A DNA stretch of 44,519 nt. It comes from Coprothermobacterota bacterium. Lineage in GTDB: Bacteria; Caldisericota; JANLFM01. Where the stretch lies: NCBI GenBank assembly GCA_026389425.1, contig JAPLHW010000257.1, positions 1 to 44,519 of the forward strand, read 5' to 3'. The notes below the pieces were generated by a model, which was not told where the DNA came from, ran no database searches, and saw only the letters and a program-made list of their open reading frames with translations. Of this stretch, positions 8,934-17,480 are shown piece after piece (within the stretch, counting starts at the first letter, position 1; every line of letters begins with the position of its first letter). Both the position numbers and the translations under genes were made by a program.

Positions 8934-10822
8934 AACGATTGCCCATGTTAACCCTCGCTCTCACTAGCAGGGCTAAGGTTCAAAGGATTTATGCTCCCAC
9001 GCCATGGTGGCAGCATGGAAAGCCGATCGAAGACATGCAGTTGAATGAGGCCCTTGCGGTACTCCAGGCCGCAAGGTCGTGCGATATTTGCGCTATATCA
9101 ATAACAGGGGGCGATCCGTTCGCGGTTCCGGCTCTGTTGATGCCAATTCTTAAGGAGATCTCCCAGTCGACGACTGCATGGGTATCTGTTTCGATCCAAA
9201 CGTTCGGTGTATATGCTGTCACAGATCAGATATGGGAATATCTTTGTCAATGCGGCCCCGCCCTTACACTAGTTATTGAACTAGACACGATGGACTCGGC
9301 AACGTATAAGACGATTTACGGCAAGGACGCATTGAAATCGGTTCAAACATTCATTGATAATGCACGTATGCGAAACATCCACGTCAGGATCAGAACGGTC
9401 TTGACTTCCCTCAACAAAGATGCAATCACTCATATTGTCCAGTATGCGAAGGAAAAAGACTGTGACATGTTGCTCTGCGACCTCGCCACTATTATGGGAA
9501 AACGAGAACCGGTTGATTTGTTTATTCCCATCGCAACTGTCCAAGCGATAGTCACACAGAATCTCCAACCCGCAGGCTTCACGGCGAATCCCGGCGGGTT
9601 CGGCCTTCCGATCCAGATGTGGCATCTTTCGGGAAACAGATTACTTGGTCTACAGGCATCATCTTCTTCACCCCTGTATCATCCTGCATGTGCCATGTGT
9701 CAGCAGATGTGCGCAAACGGTGGTTACCCGCTCCTCATCCTGCCAGGCATGTATGTACACCTATGCAACTATAATAGCAACCATGTTGTCCCTCTAGGTG
9801 ACAATACGATCAAGAATCTCAGCCGCGTCCTCTCGGGTTTTTTAGGCCCATTTTCTACTGATACCACCTCAGAAGACAGACGCGGCGGCGGCATTCCGTC
9901 GGGTGCAACACTGCATGAACTGATCAGTCCCGTCGATCAAAACAACCAACAGCTGAAGTTCGCTGCTGATGCAATCGATCTCTCGATAGACAAAGAGTAC
10001 CGAGTGCTTAGTCCCTGGAGGCTTGGCCGGGGTATCGACGCATGGAATCTCACTCGTTGCTCCATCAGAACCCAGGATCGGATCTGGCCACTTCGAAAGA
10101 TGCCCTTATCCGGCATATGGGTTAAACCACACACAGTAGTTTACAGTGTCTCAAGAGAAACAATCACAGTCCCATCCGGGTATATCGGTTTGGTGCTCGG
10201 TCGAGCGACTTGGGCACGACTTGGTCTTCAGGTGTGTTGCGACGTAGCCAAGATTCAGTCTGGCCGAACAGGTCGCGTCCAGTTCCACCTAACGAACAAT
10301 AACAGAATGGCAATTCGTATACTTCCGTACATGTTCATCGCCCAGATCGTGTTCTTCCCGGTAACTGACGCTTATCCATTAAAAGGGGAACAGTACAACG
10401 AAGACGAAGGAGTTTACTCACCGGTGAAGGGACTCAATCTGCAACGCGAGATCGGTCCTTCCGTTCAATTTGGACGATTGATAGCAATCGAAAAAACCGG
10501 GAAAAAAAATATACTCCCTGCCCTGCTCCAAGGGGAGAACGGATCAGTAGATATTTTGAAATTGGCAGAAAGATTCGGATTGCTCAGGCACAGCAGTAGA
10601 ATGTCGGCAGCGAAAAAAAAGACATTGGCGAATCTGACCCGCGATTTAATTGGCCCAATAGTCGGTTTATTTGGCGGAATGGTAGTCTGGTTCCGAACAA
10701 ACCTCCTGTGGGCCGGTATCGTCGCATTTGTTATCATCACGGTGGTGCTTATAGTGGTTATAGTGATTTATTGGAAAACCTCAAACGTCCAAGACGACAA
10801 AGGTGACAAGAATGCTTCATGA
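8930..10822 (+). CDS. fusion protein: radical-SAM-like domain lacking the CxxxCxxC triad + dCTP-deaminase/dUTPase-fold domain + C-terminal transmembrane anchor
   Basis: Residues about 5-200 align by eye to MoaA-type radical SAM cores, but the cluster loop reads LTSRAKVQRIYAP instead of ITDxCNxRCxYCxP; also ISITGGDPF and VIELDTMDSATYKTIYGKD. Residues about 420-490 (VPSGYIGLVLGRATWARLGLQV...GRVQFHLTNNN...ILPYMFIAQIVFFPV) align to E. coli Dcd 99-163. The C-terminus LLWAGIVAFVIITVVLIVVIVIYW is a TM helix. Confidence 0.7.
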   Translation: MKRLPMLTLALTSRAKVQRIYAPTPWWQHGKPIEDMQLNEALAVLQAARSCDICAISITGGDPFAVPALLMPILKEISQSTTAWVSVSIQTFGVYAVTDQIWEYLCQCGPALTLVIELDTMDSATYKTIYGKDALKSVQTFIDNARMRNIHVRIRTVLTSLNKDAITHIVQYAKEKDCDMLLCDLATIMGKREPVDLFIPIATVQAIVTQNLQPAGFTANPGGFGLPIQMWHLSGNRLLGLQASSSSPLYHPACAMCQQMCANGGYPLLILPGMYVHLCNYNSNHVVPLGDNTIKNLSRVLSGFLGPFSTDTTSEDRRGGGIPSGATLHELISPVDQNNQQLKFAADAIDLSIDKEYRVLSPWRLGRGIDAWNLTRCSIRTQDRIWPLRKMPLSGIWVKPHTVVYSVSRETITVPSGYIGLVLGRATWARLGLQVCCDVAKIQSGRTGRVQFHLTNNNRMAIRILPYMFIAQIVFFPVTDAYPLKGEQYNEDEGVYSPVKGLNLQREIGPSVQFGRLIAIEKTGKKNILPALLQGENGSVDILKLAERFGLLRHSSRMSAAKKKTLANLTRDLIGPIVGLFGGMVVWFRTNLLWAGIVAFVIITVVLIVVIVIYWKTSNVQDDKGDKNAS

Positions 10823-11999
10823 CAGTCAACATCTTCACTCAGCGCAAATAGAATTGCATACTTCGCGCCAATATGGTTTGGAGGTGGATCCAAAATTCTC
10901 TGCGCACTTTGCTCATCTCAAGCAGGTGTTCCTTTATGTCACAGACAAGTGCGATCTTCGCTGCCATCACTGTCTCTACAAAGCGAGTCTGATACTCGAA
11001 CGTGAAATGGAGGCTGCCATCGCGGCTCGTCTGCTTGTAACATTTCGCTCAATGGGTGCCTTCAAGTTGACCTTCATCGGTGGTGAAGCCACTAGATATG
11101 GAATCGAATCTAGCCACAGACCTCTACTAGATCTCATACAACTCGCCCACGAGATAGGTTACAACTACATCCGGTTGGACACAAACGGCCATTTTCCTTC
11201 TAATCTTCTGGGAATGCCAGAGTTCCGCCTGCTGGATGAACTTTCTATTAGTATCGACGGCTACAACGCAGCGACCAACGATTCACTCCGCGGTGATGGC
11301 GCGTTTGAGATCACGGTTAACCAGCTACGCCAAGCTGTTAAGGCGGGCTACAGAGTCCATGTTACAGCGTGTGCCACAAGACAGAACGTCATCATCGCAG
11401 GCTCAGTGGCGAACTTTCTCGAACATATGATTCGTTTCTGTGAAGATGAGAAGATTGAGGCGGTCAATTTTCATGGTGTTTTTCGTATGGGGGTACCCAT
11501 GGATACATGGACTGAGGGAACGCATCTCGAACCCCAGGAATGGCTGCGGGGCTATGAGACTGTGGCAAAGAGAATCCAGGCCGGCATATACTCGATACCG
11601 GTACGTTTACCCAGGCACCTCATCGAGAGAGCCCTATTTGAAAGAGCACCCCAGAAATACGGCTACTGCCCATGTAAACTCGGCGAGAGAGTACTTGTGC
11701 ATCCAGATGGGATCATCCGCATTTGTTCCTCACTTCTATGCACACCCTATGGCGTCGCCCGTTACACACCGGAGCGGATTATTTGGGAGACTGTTACGAA
11801 CGAACTCTACCGCCACGACATGAATTCACATACTCCATGCACCAACCAACAAGCCATGTATACGCCCGAACTTGTGCCTCTGTGCTTCTCCTTCAAACCG
11901 GGGCAAACAGAACCGGTCTGGCGAGAACTTGCTCATGAAGGTGTCGTGTCAACCGGACTAGACCCCATTCCTCAACCCGTTTGCGACCAGAGAAAATAG
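10803..11999 (+). CDS. radical SAM enzyme with Cys-rich (SPASM/twitch-like) C-terminal domain
   Basis: Intact VTDKCDLRCHHC (CxxxCxxC), FIGGEA SAM-binding motif and IRLDTNGH. Seven C-terminal Cys (YGYCPCKLG...RICSSLLC...PCTN...LCFS...VCD). The ORF-track start is GTG 10803; ATG 10812 after AAAGGTGA is equally likely. Overlaps the upstream gene by 11-20 nt. Confidence 0.8.
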   Translation: MTRMLHDSQHLHSAQIELHTSRQYGLEVDPKFSAHFAHLKQVFLYVTDKCDLRCHHCLYKASLILEREMEAAIAARLLVTFRSMGAFKLTFIGGEATRYGIESSHRPLLDLIQLAHEIGYNYIRLDTNGHFPSNLLGMPEFRLLDELSISIDGYNAATNDSLRGDGAFEITVNQLRQAVKAGYRVHVTACATRQNVIIAGSVANFLEHMIRFCEDEKIEAVNFHGVFRMGVPMDTWTEGTHLEPQEWLRGYETVAKRIQAGIYSIPVRLPRHLIERALFERAPQKYGYCPCKLGERVLVHPDGIIRICSSLLCTPYGVARYTPERIIWETVTNELYRHDMNSHTPCTNQQAMYTPELVPLCFSFKPGQTEPVWRELAHEGVVSTGLDPIPQPVCDQRK

Positions 12000-12020
12000 A
12001 TCCATGCCGACAGGCATCTG

Positions 12021-12962
12021 ATGATTGGTTCTAATGTCTCTACCGTTGGTGGGATCGATAAGGGTTTCATACAGGCCAAAGAATGGGGCTTAGAGTGCAT
12101 TCAGATATACATAACCCCCTCTCGCACTTGGACAGTCCCCAAACGTGATGCAAAGTCTATTCATAACTTCCTCCAAGCTTGGCAAGAAAGCGGCGGCGTC
12201 GCGGTCGTGGGTCACGTGCCCTTCCTCGTCAACCTTGGATCGCCGAACCCTGTGTTGTTCCACAAGTCCGTCGACAGATTGGTCTGTGAGATCAACAGCG
12301 CGGAAGAACTCCGGATTCGTAACATCATAATGCACCCCGGAGCATGTGGCGGGAGACCCATCGAACAGGCTCTGGATCAGGTTATAGTCGGGCTGAACGA
12401 GGCAATCAGCAGGACCAAATGTTCATCGACGAACATTCTTCTAGAAACGATGGCAGGACAAGGAAGAACCCTCGGCGCTACCTTTGAGCAATTTGCCTAC
12501 ATAACTGAGCACATCGAAGACGGAGAACGCATCGGCGTGTGTTGCGACACATGCCACCTTTATGCATCTGGATACGACATCAGAGGGAGAACCGGTTTCT
12601 CAAAGGTAATGCATGAAATTGGGAACGTACTCGGGATGACAAAGATCAAGGCATTTCACCTCAATGATTCCAAACACCCCCTCGGGTCCCACAAAGACAA
12701 ACACTGCACAATTGGTAAGGGATTCCTCGGCATTGAGGTCTTTCAGGCCATAGTCCAGTCAGAGGCGTTGAGTGTCCTTCCCATGGTGATTGAGAACCCT
12801 GATAGGGATTGCGGTAGCTACAACGACGTTACGCTCTTGAAGGAACTCCGGGAGTCGAGAGACCGCGTTAAAGACCCAGAACCTACCGAGAGAACAAGTT
12901 TACAGACAGAACTCCTGTTAGATGATGCGTGCCGCTTTCGCCGGCGCTTACCGCGCTCATAG
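12021..12962 (+). CDS. nfo: endonuclease IV (AP endonuclease, Nfo family)
   Basis: Aligns by eye with E. coli Nfo with all metal-ligand positions present: GHVPFLVNL, IMHPG, LETMAGQG, CCDTCH, FHLND, DKH, VIEN. Lies 21 nt after the radical SAM gene. Confidence 0.85.
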   Translation: MIGSNVSTVGGIDKGFIQAKEWGLECIQIYITPSRTWTVPKRDAKSIHNFLQAWQESGGVAVVGHVPFLVNLGSPNPVLFHKSVDRLVCEINSAEELRIRNIIMHPGACGGRPIEQALDQVIVGLNEAISRTKCSSTNILLETMAGQGRTLGATFEQFAYITEHIEDGERIGVCCDTCHLYASGYDIRGRTGFSKVMHEIGNVLGMTKIKAFHLNDSKHPLGSHKDKHCTIGKGFLGIEVFQAIVQSEALSVLPMVIENPDRDCGSYNDVTLLKELRESRDRVKDPEPTERTSLQTELLLDDACRFRRRLPRS

Positions 12963-13014
12963 ACCCACCCCAAGCCCAAAACGAAAACCAACCTAACCCT
13001 AAGCAATCTCCCTT

Positions 13015-13887
13015 CTACAAGAAAAGATTTGTCTGTTCTGGTTCATCCCACGGGGAACGAAATCCCCAACCCTCAAACAAGTCGGTCAGTTGCCTCAGAT
13101 CGGGAGTGCGTAATTTCAGTCCATCCAAGTCCAGTTGCAGGTTCAGATTGGTCCGAAGTGCAATCAAGAAACGATTCGTTCGCAATTGATCGAAACTGGC
13201 TTGTATGGCATCCCGCAGTTTCGGTCGTGGGATCACGCTTGCCTTCGCTAGAAGATTCTCGATGTCACCAAATTCCCGGAGTAATGCGGCTGCCGTCTTC
13301 TCACCGACTCCAGACACACCTGGAATGTTGTCAACCATGTCGCCAACCAAACTGAGCAAATCAACCATCTGTGCAGGCGGCACGCCGTAACGCTCAGAGA
13401 CGGCACTGACATCAAGCGCCACATTCCCTTTGCGCTCGGAACGAACCCAACGAATTTGAGGGCCAACGAGTTGGGCGAAATCCTTATCATTACTCGCGAT
13501 ATAGACTCTTGCGCCACGCTTGGCACCTTGGAAGGCCAAGGTCGCGACAACATCGTCAGCCTCTTCTCCTTGTCGCTCCACTATGGGAAAACGCAGTGCC
13601 TCCAGGAACTCTCGAATCTTAGGCAACTGTGCCAACATCTCCACTGGAGCAGGGGGTCGGTCCGCTTTGTAACAAGGAAAAGCAGCCAACCGTTGAACGG
13701 GTGGACCATGGTCAAACACTGCCGCTCCGTGCGTAGGTTGAAACTCAATTAACCATTTACGCACCATCCGGGTGAACCCATAGACAGCATTCACCGGTTC
13801 TCCACTCGGACTAGAGAGTGTCGGCAGGGCGAAGTAAGCTCGATATGTCTGATGATTCGCATCGATCAATAGTAAGGTTTTTTCCAT
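13015..13887 (-). CDS. 5'-3' exonuclease / flap endonuclease (Pol I N-terminal-domain-like, stand-alone)
   Basis: LLLIDANHQTYRAYFA, GEPVNAVYGF, EADDVVATL, IASNDKDFAQLV and the H3TH motif LVGDMVDNIPGVSGVGEKTAAALL. Start is ATG 13887 (MEKTLLLID) or 13905. Confidence 0.85.
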   Translation of the reverse strand: MEKTLLLIDANHQTYRAYFALPTLSSPSGEPVNAVYGFTRMVRKWLIEFQPTHGAAVFDHGPPVQRLAAFPCYKADRPPAPVEMLAQLPKIREFLEALRFPIVERQGEEADDVVATLAFQGAKRGARVYIASNDKDFAQLVGPQIRWVRSERKGNVALDVSAVSERYGVPPAQMVDLLSLVGDMVDNIPGVSGVGEKTAAALLREFGDIENLLAKASVIPRPKLRDAIQASFDQLRTNRFLIALRTNLNLQLDLDGLKLRTPDLRQLTDLFEGWGFRSPWDEPEQTNLFL

Positions 13888-14247
13888 GAGTGTGTAGACT
13901 ATCATACGACGTGTGGGTGGACAACAGATTTATAGATGCACCGGTAGGGTAGGCAACACATTTGTCAATAAGTGATTATTGTAAAGGTCAACACCTTCAC
14001 GAGCTCTGTTTCTGGTCTTGTGTTCATTTTTCGAGGCGTAGAACAGTGTGCAAGCGGTAAGACGTGGATCATCGAGGTGAATAAGACATAGTTTGAGGTA
14101 ACTTCTCCGATTCACGATCGCGTCGGTAATAGCATTCATTTTCCCATTTTCAATAATGGATATGGTCTGAATACACTTCCTCACGGATCTTGCCGGTAGC
14201 CGTGCATAATGCCTTGTTTCTTTAATAGATTTCTACCCCAAAAGGAT

Positions 14248-14264
14248 CTGGAGATACTCTCCAG
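14248..14264 (-). terminator. weak hairpin downstream of hsdR
   Basis: CTGGAGA-tac-TCTCCAG (7-bp stem), about 65 nt after the hsdR stop. On the minus strand it is followed by ATCCTTTTGG. Confidence 0.3.
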
Positions 14265-14327
14265 ACAACTTCCGACTTAAATAAAGCGCAGCGGAATCTC
14301 TATCTAGTGTTGCATTATCTGGTGGCT

Positions 14328-17300
14328 CTATGCCGCTGCGTAGACGCTACGGCCGGCGCCGTAGTAGGCGTCATAGACGTGTTGAAAGATAGCGGTGGTC
14401 TTTTGCTTGAACAATTCCGACGTGTAGGCTCTCGGCAAGCCCTGGTCCAGCATTTTCTCGATGGTTACCCGCACCTCGGCGCGGGCTTGCTGGCGTTTGC
14501 GCCAATCCAACACCAGTTTCCCCGCTTTAAGCGTGGCCAATAGCTTTCGGGCCGTGGCCTTCACCTTTTCCCGGTCCATCTCGCTCATCTCAATCTGTGG
14601 CTTGGTCAAGAGGTCAAAGAGCGCCAGCTCTTCTTCGTTTAATTGTTCGCCCACGCCCCGCTTCTCTTCTTCATTCAGGCTCTGGGCGAAGGCCGTCAGT
14701 TGCTGGAAGAACTCCTCAGCGTTGAGGCTGCCTGCGTTGTAAGCGTCGATCATCGCCTGGAAGCGCTCCAGGTAATCCATGCGAGTACGGTTGAGCCGCA
14801 CCATGGTCATCAGCTTCTGCGCCACTGCGCCCTTCAGTCTTTCGTTGAACGTGCGCTTGTGGCCTGTCTTGAATTTCTCGGCCAGCTTCTCGAAGTCAAT
14901 TTTGCTCAGGTCAATCCACCGCTCGTCGCTGTAGGGTACGCCCGCCTCCCGGATGATGTATCCTTCCGTGGCGATGGAGCGATCGAGTAGCTCTTCCGCC
15001 TGCTGCATGACCTGAGAGATGTCCACCGGGGGCGTGAGGGCGCGGATTTTGTCAGCGATTACCAGCAAGAGCTTTACCTCAGCAGCGAAAGACTGGGCGT
15101 CCGAGTCGGGCAGTACAGCTTGGTAGAGCCGCTGCACAGTATTGGCCTGATCAAGATAGCGGCGTTTGATCTCCTCGGACCCCACCAATGCCTCCACGGC
15201 GTCATCGAGCAGCCCGACGCGCATAAATCCATTAGCGGTCTGGATAGCTGTAAGTTTCACCCCTTGTTCCCGACACATGCCCCGTGTTTCTTCCAACGCC
15301 TGCCGCAACGCCGCCACTAATGCGGACTTATCTTCCACCGGCTTGTTGCCGCCGCCGCCCGCGCCATAGATGGCCAGCGCCCGTTCCAGGTTGCGGAACA
15401 CCCCGGCATAGTCCACGATCAGGCCGCTCACCTTGCCGGGATAGACCCGGTTAGCTCGGGCGATGGTCTGCATCAATGTGTGGTTGCGCATCGGCTTGTC
15501 GAGGTAAAGGGTGGAACAGCTCGGCACATCGAAGCCGGTCATCCACATGGCGCAGACAAACACCAGCCGGAAGGGGTCGTCCGGGTCCTTGAACTTCGTC
15601 TCCAGGTCTTCCTCCACCATGCGCTTGCGGTGCGGGCGAATATCCAACCCCTTCTTTTTCATCTCGTCGATTTCGTTCTGGCCCTGAGAAACCACCACCG
15701 CCATATCGGCCTCTTTCATCCGGGCGATGCGCTCTTCAAGCTCTCGCCGGATATCGCCGACGACACCAGCACGTTCCAGCTGTGAGGTCGCGATCTTGGC
15801 CCTCCAGTGCTTCTTCACCTTGTCGTACATGCGGATGGCCGTGGCCTTGTCGATGCACACCACCATGGCCTTGCCCTGAAAACCTCGCCCGGTGAAATGC
15901 TCCACCAGGTCTTTGGTCACCGCCTCCAACCGCTCATCGCGCGTGATCAGGTGGTACTCGCGGGCGAACTCCCGCTCCAACCTCGTTTCCTGTGCCTCGT
16001 CCAGTTCCGCCTCTTCCAGCAGGCGCTCCATGTCCTGGTTGAGGTTCTCGTTGACCAGTTGCAGTTCCGGGATGCGATTCTCGTAGTAGAGCGGCACCGT
16101 GGCGCCGTCGACAACCGATTGCTGGAAATCGTAGACGCTGGTGTAGTCGCCGAAGACCTGGCGGGTCTTCTCCTCGCCCACGATCAGAGGTGTACCGGTA
16201 AAAGCCAGAAAAGCGGCGTTGGGCAGAGCCGTGCGCATGTTCAGCGCCAGGGTGTCGTACTGGCTGCGATGGGCCTCGTCAGTGATAACGATGATGTCCC
16301 GCCGCTCGGAGAGCACCGGGTGCACCTCGCCCTGCTCGGTGCGGAACTTGTGGATCAGGGTGAAAACATAGCGGTGATCCTCCCTGAGCAACTGGCGCAA
16401 GTGCCTGCTGCTTTCCGCCTGGGTGTGACCTTCGGTTACCACTCCCGCTGATGCGAAGTGCTTGTAGATCTGCCCGTCCAGCTCCTGCCGGTCGGTGATC
16501 ACCACAAAGGTCCAGTTTCCTGGCACTTTGCGCAGCACCTTCTGGGCGAAGAACATCATGGAGACACTCTTCCCGCTGCCTTGAGTATGCCAGAACACCC
16601 CCAGCTTACCCTCCCGCTGGCGGATGTCGGCCAGGGCCTCCAGCGCGTTATTGACGCCCAGGTACTGGTGATTCTTGGCCATCAGCTTGATCAGTCCTCC
16701 GGGCGCTTCCTGGAACAGGGTGAAGTTCTCCACCAGGTCCAACAACCGCTTCGGTTCGCAGACGCGCAACATGGTCTGCAGTGAGACCCGGCCTGTTTCG
16801 TCCTCGCTGTCTACCTTCTTCCACTCGGCGAAGTGTTCCCATCCCGCAGTGATGCTGCCCATCCGGCTCTGGCTGCCGTTGGAGACGATGACCAAGGCGT
16901 TGGGCCAGAAAAGCTGGGGCACGGTGTCCTTGTAGTCGCGTATATTGCCGGTGAAAGCGGTCTCCAGGTGGCGGTGGGCAGCCTTCAGTTCGATCAGGAC
17001 AAGGGGTAGGCCGTTGACGAATCCCACCAAGTCGGCACGGCGGGTGTGCATCTCACCGGTGACCCAGAACTGCGAGCAGAATAGAAAGTCGTTGTTGGCC
17101 GGGTGATCCCAATCGATCACCCGCACCACCTCCACCGTCTCCTCATCCCCTTCGGGATCGGGAATGGATACGCGCACGCCGTTCTTCATCAGGTGGTAGA
17201 CCTCACGATTGGCGGCCGCTGCACTCATGCGCGAGCGGTCGCGGATCAGCTCCTCGATGGCCTGGCGAATCGCATCAGACGGGGTATCCGGGTTCAGCCG

Positions 17301-17480
17301 CTGCAGAGCCGGACGAAGGCGGGCGGTGAGGATCACCTCAGCCTTGGTCTCACGGCCCAGCGCGCTGGCGCCGTGGTCGAACTCGTGATAGGCGTTGAGC
17401 GTCTCCCAGCCCAGCTCTGCCAGCAAAGCGATGGCCGGTTGCTCGATCAAGGCGTCTTCGCTGTAGCTGCTGGGAGTCAT
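14328..17480 (-). CDS. hsdR: Type I restriction enzyme, R subunit
   Basis: 1050 aa. N-terminus SEDALIEQPAIALLAELGWE, Walker A TQGSGKS, DEAH box ITDEAHRSQ, motif VI QTIARANR. Confidence 0.95.
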   Translation of the reverse strand: MTPSSYSEDALIEQPAIALLAELGWETLNAYHEFDHGASALGRETKAEVILTARLRPALQRLNPDTPSDAIRQAIEELIRDRSRMSAAAANREVYHLMKNGVRVSIPDPEGDEETVEVVRVIDWDHPANNDFLFCSQFWVTGEMHTRRADLVGFVNGLPLVLIELKAAHRHLETAFTGNIRDYKDTVPQLFWPNALVIVSNGSQSRMGSITAGWEHFAEWKKVDSEDETGRVSLQTMLRVCEPKRLLDLVENFTLFQEAPGGLIKLMAKNHQYLGVNNALEALADIRQREGKLGVFWHTQGSGKSVSMMFFAQKVLRKVPGNWTFVVITDRQELDGQIYKHFASAGVVTEGHTQAESSRHLRQLLREDHRYVFTLIHKFRTEQGEVHPVLSERRDIIVITDEAHRSQYDTLALNMRTALPNAAFLAFTGTPLIVGEEKTRQVFGDYTSVYDFQQSVVDGATVPLYYENRIPELQLVNENLNQDMERLLEEAELDEAQETRLEREFAREYHLITRDERLEAVTKDLVEHFTGRGFQGKAMVVCIDKATAIRMYDKVKKHWRAKIATSQLERAGVVGDIRRELEERIARMKEADMAVVVSQGQNEIDEMKKKGLDIRPHRKRMVEEDLETKFKDPDDPFRLVFVCAMWMTGFDVPSCSTLYLDKPMRNHTLMQTIARANRVYPGKVSGLIVDYAGVFRNLERALAIYGAGGGGNKPVEDKSALVAALRQALEETRGMCREQGVKLTAIQTANGFMRVGLLDDAVEALVGSEEIKRRYLDQANTVQRLYQAVLPDSDAQSFAAEVKLLLVIADKIRALTPPVDISQVMQQAEELLDRSIATEGYIIREAGVPYSDERWIDLSKIDFEKLAEKFKTGHKRTFNERLKGAVAQKLMTMVRLNRTRMDYLERFQAMIDAYNAGSLNAEEFFQQLTAFAQSLNEEEKRGVGEQLNEEELALFDLLTKPQIEMSEMDREKVKATARKLLATLKAGKLVLDWRKRQQARAEVRVTIEKMLDQGLPRAYTSELFKQKTTAIFQHVYDAYYGAGRSVYAAA

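Noticed and set aside
13930-14184. 84-aa minus-strand ORF between hsdR and the 5'-3' exonuclease gene
   Set aside because: It starts at GTG without an SD, has AT-rich low-complexity translation, and has no recognisable fold. It could be a small regulator, but the sequence gives no support.
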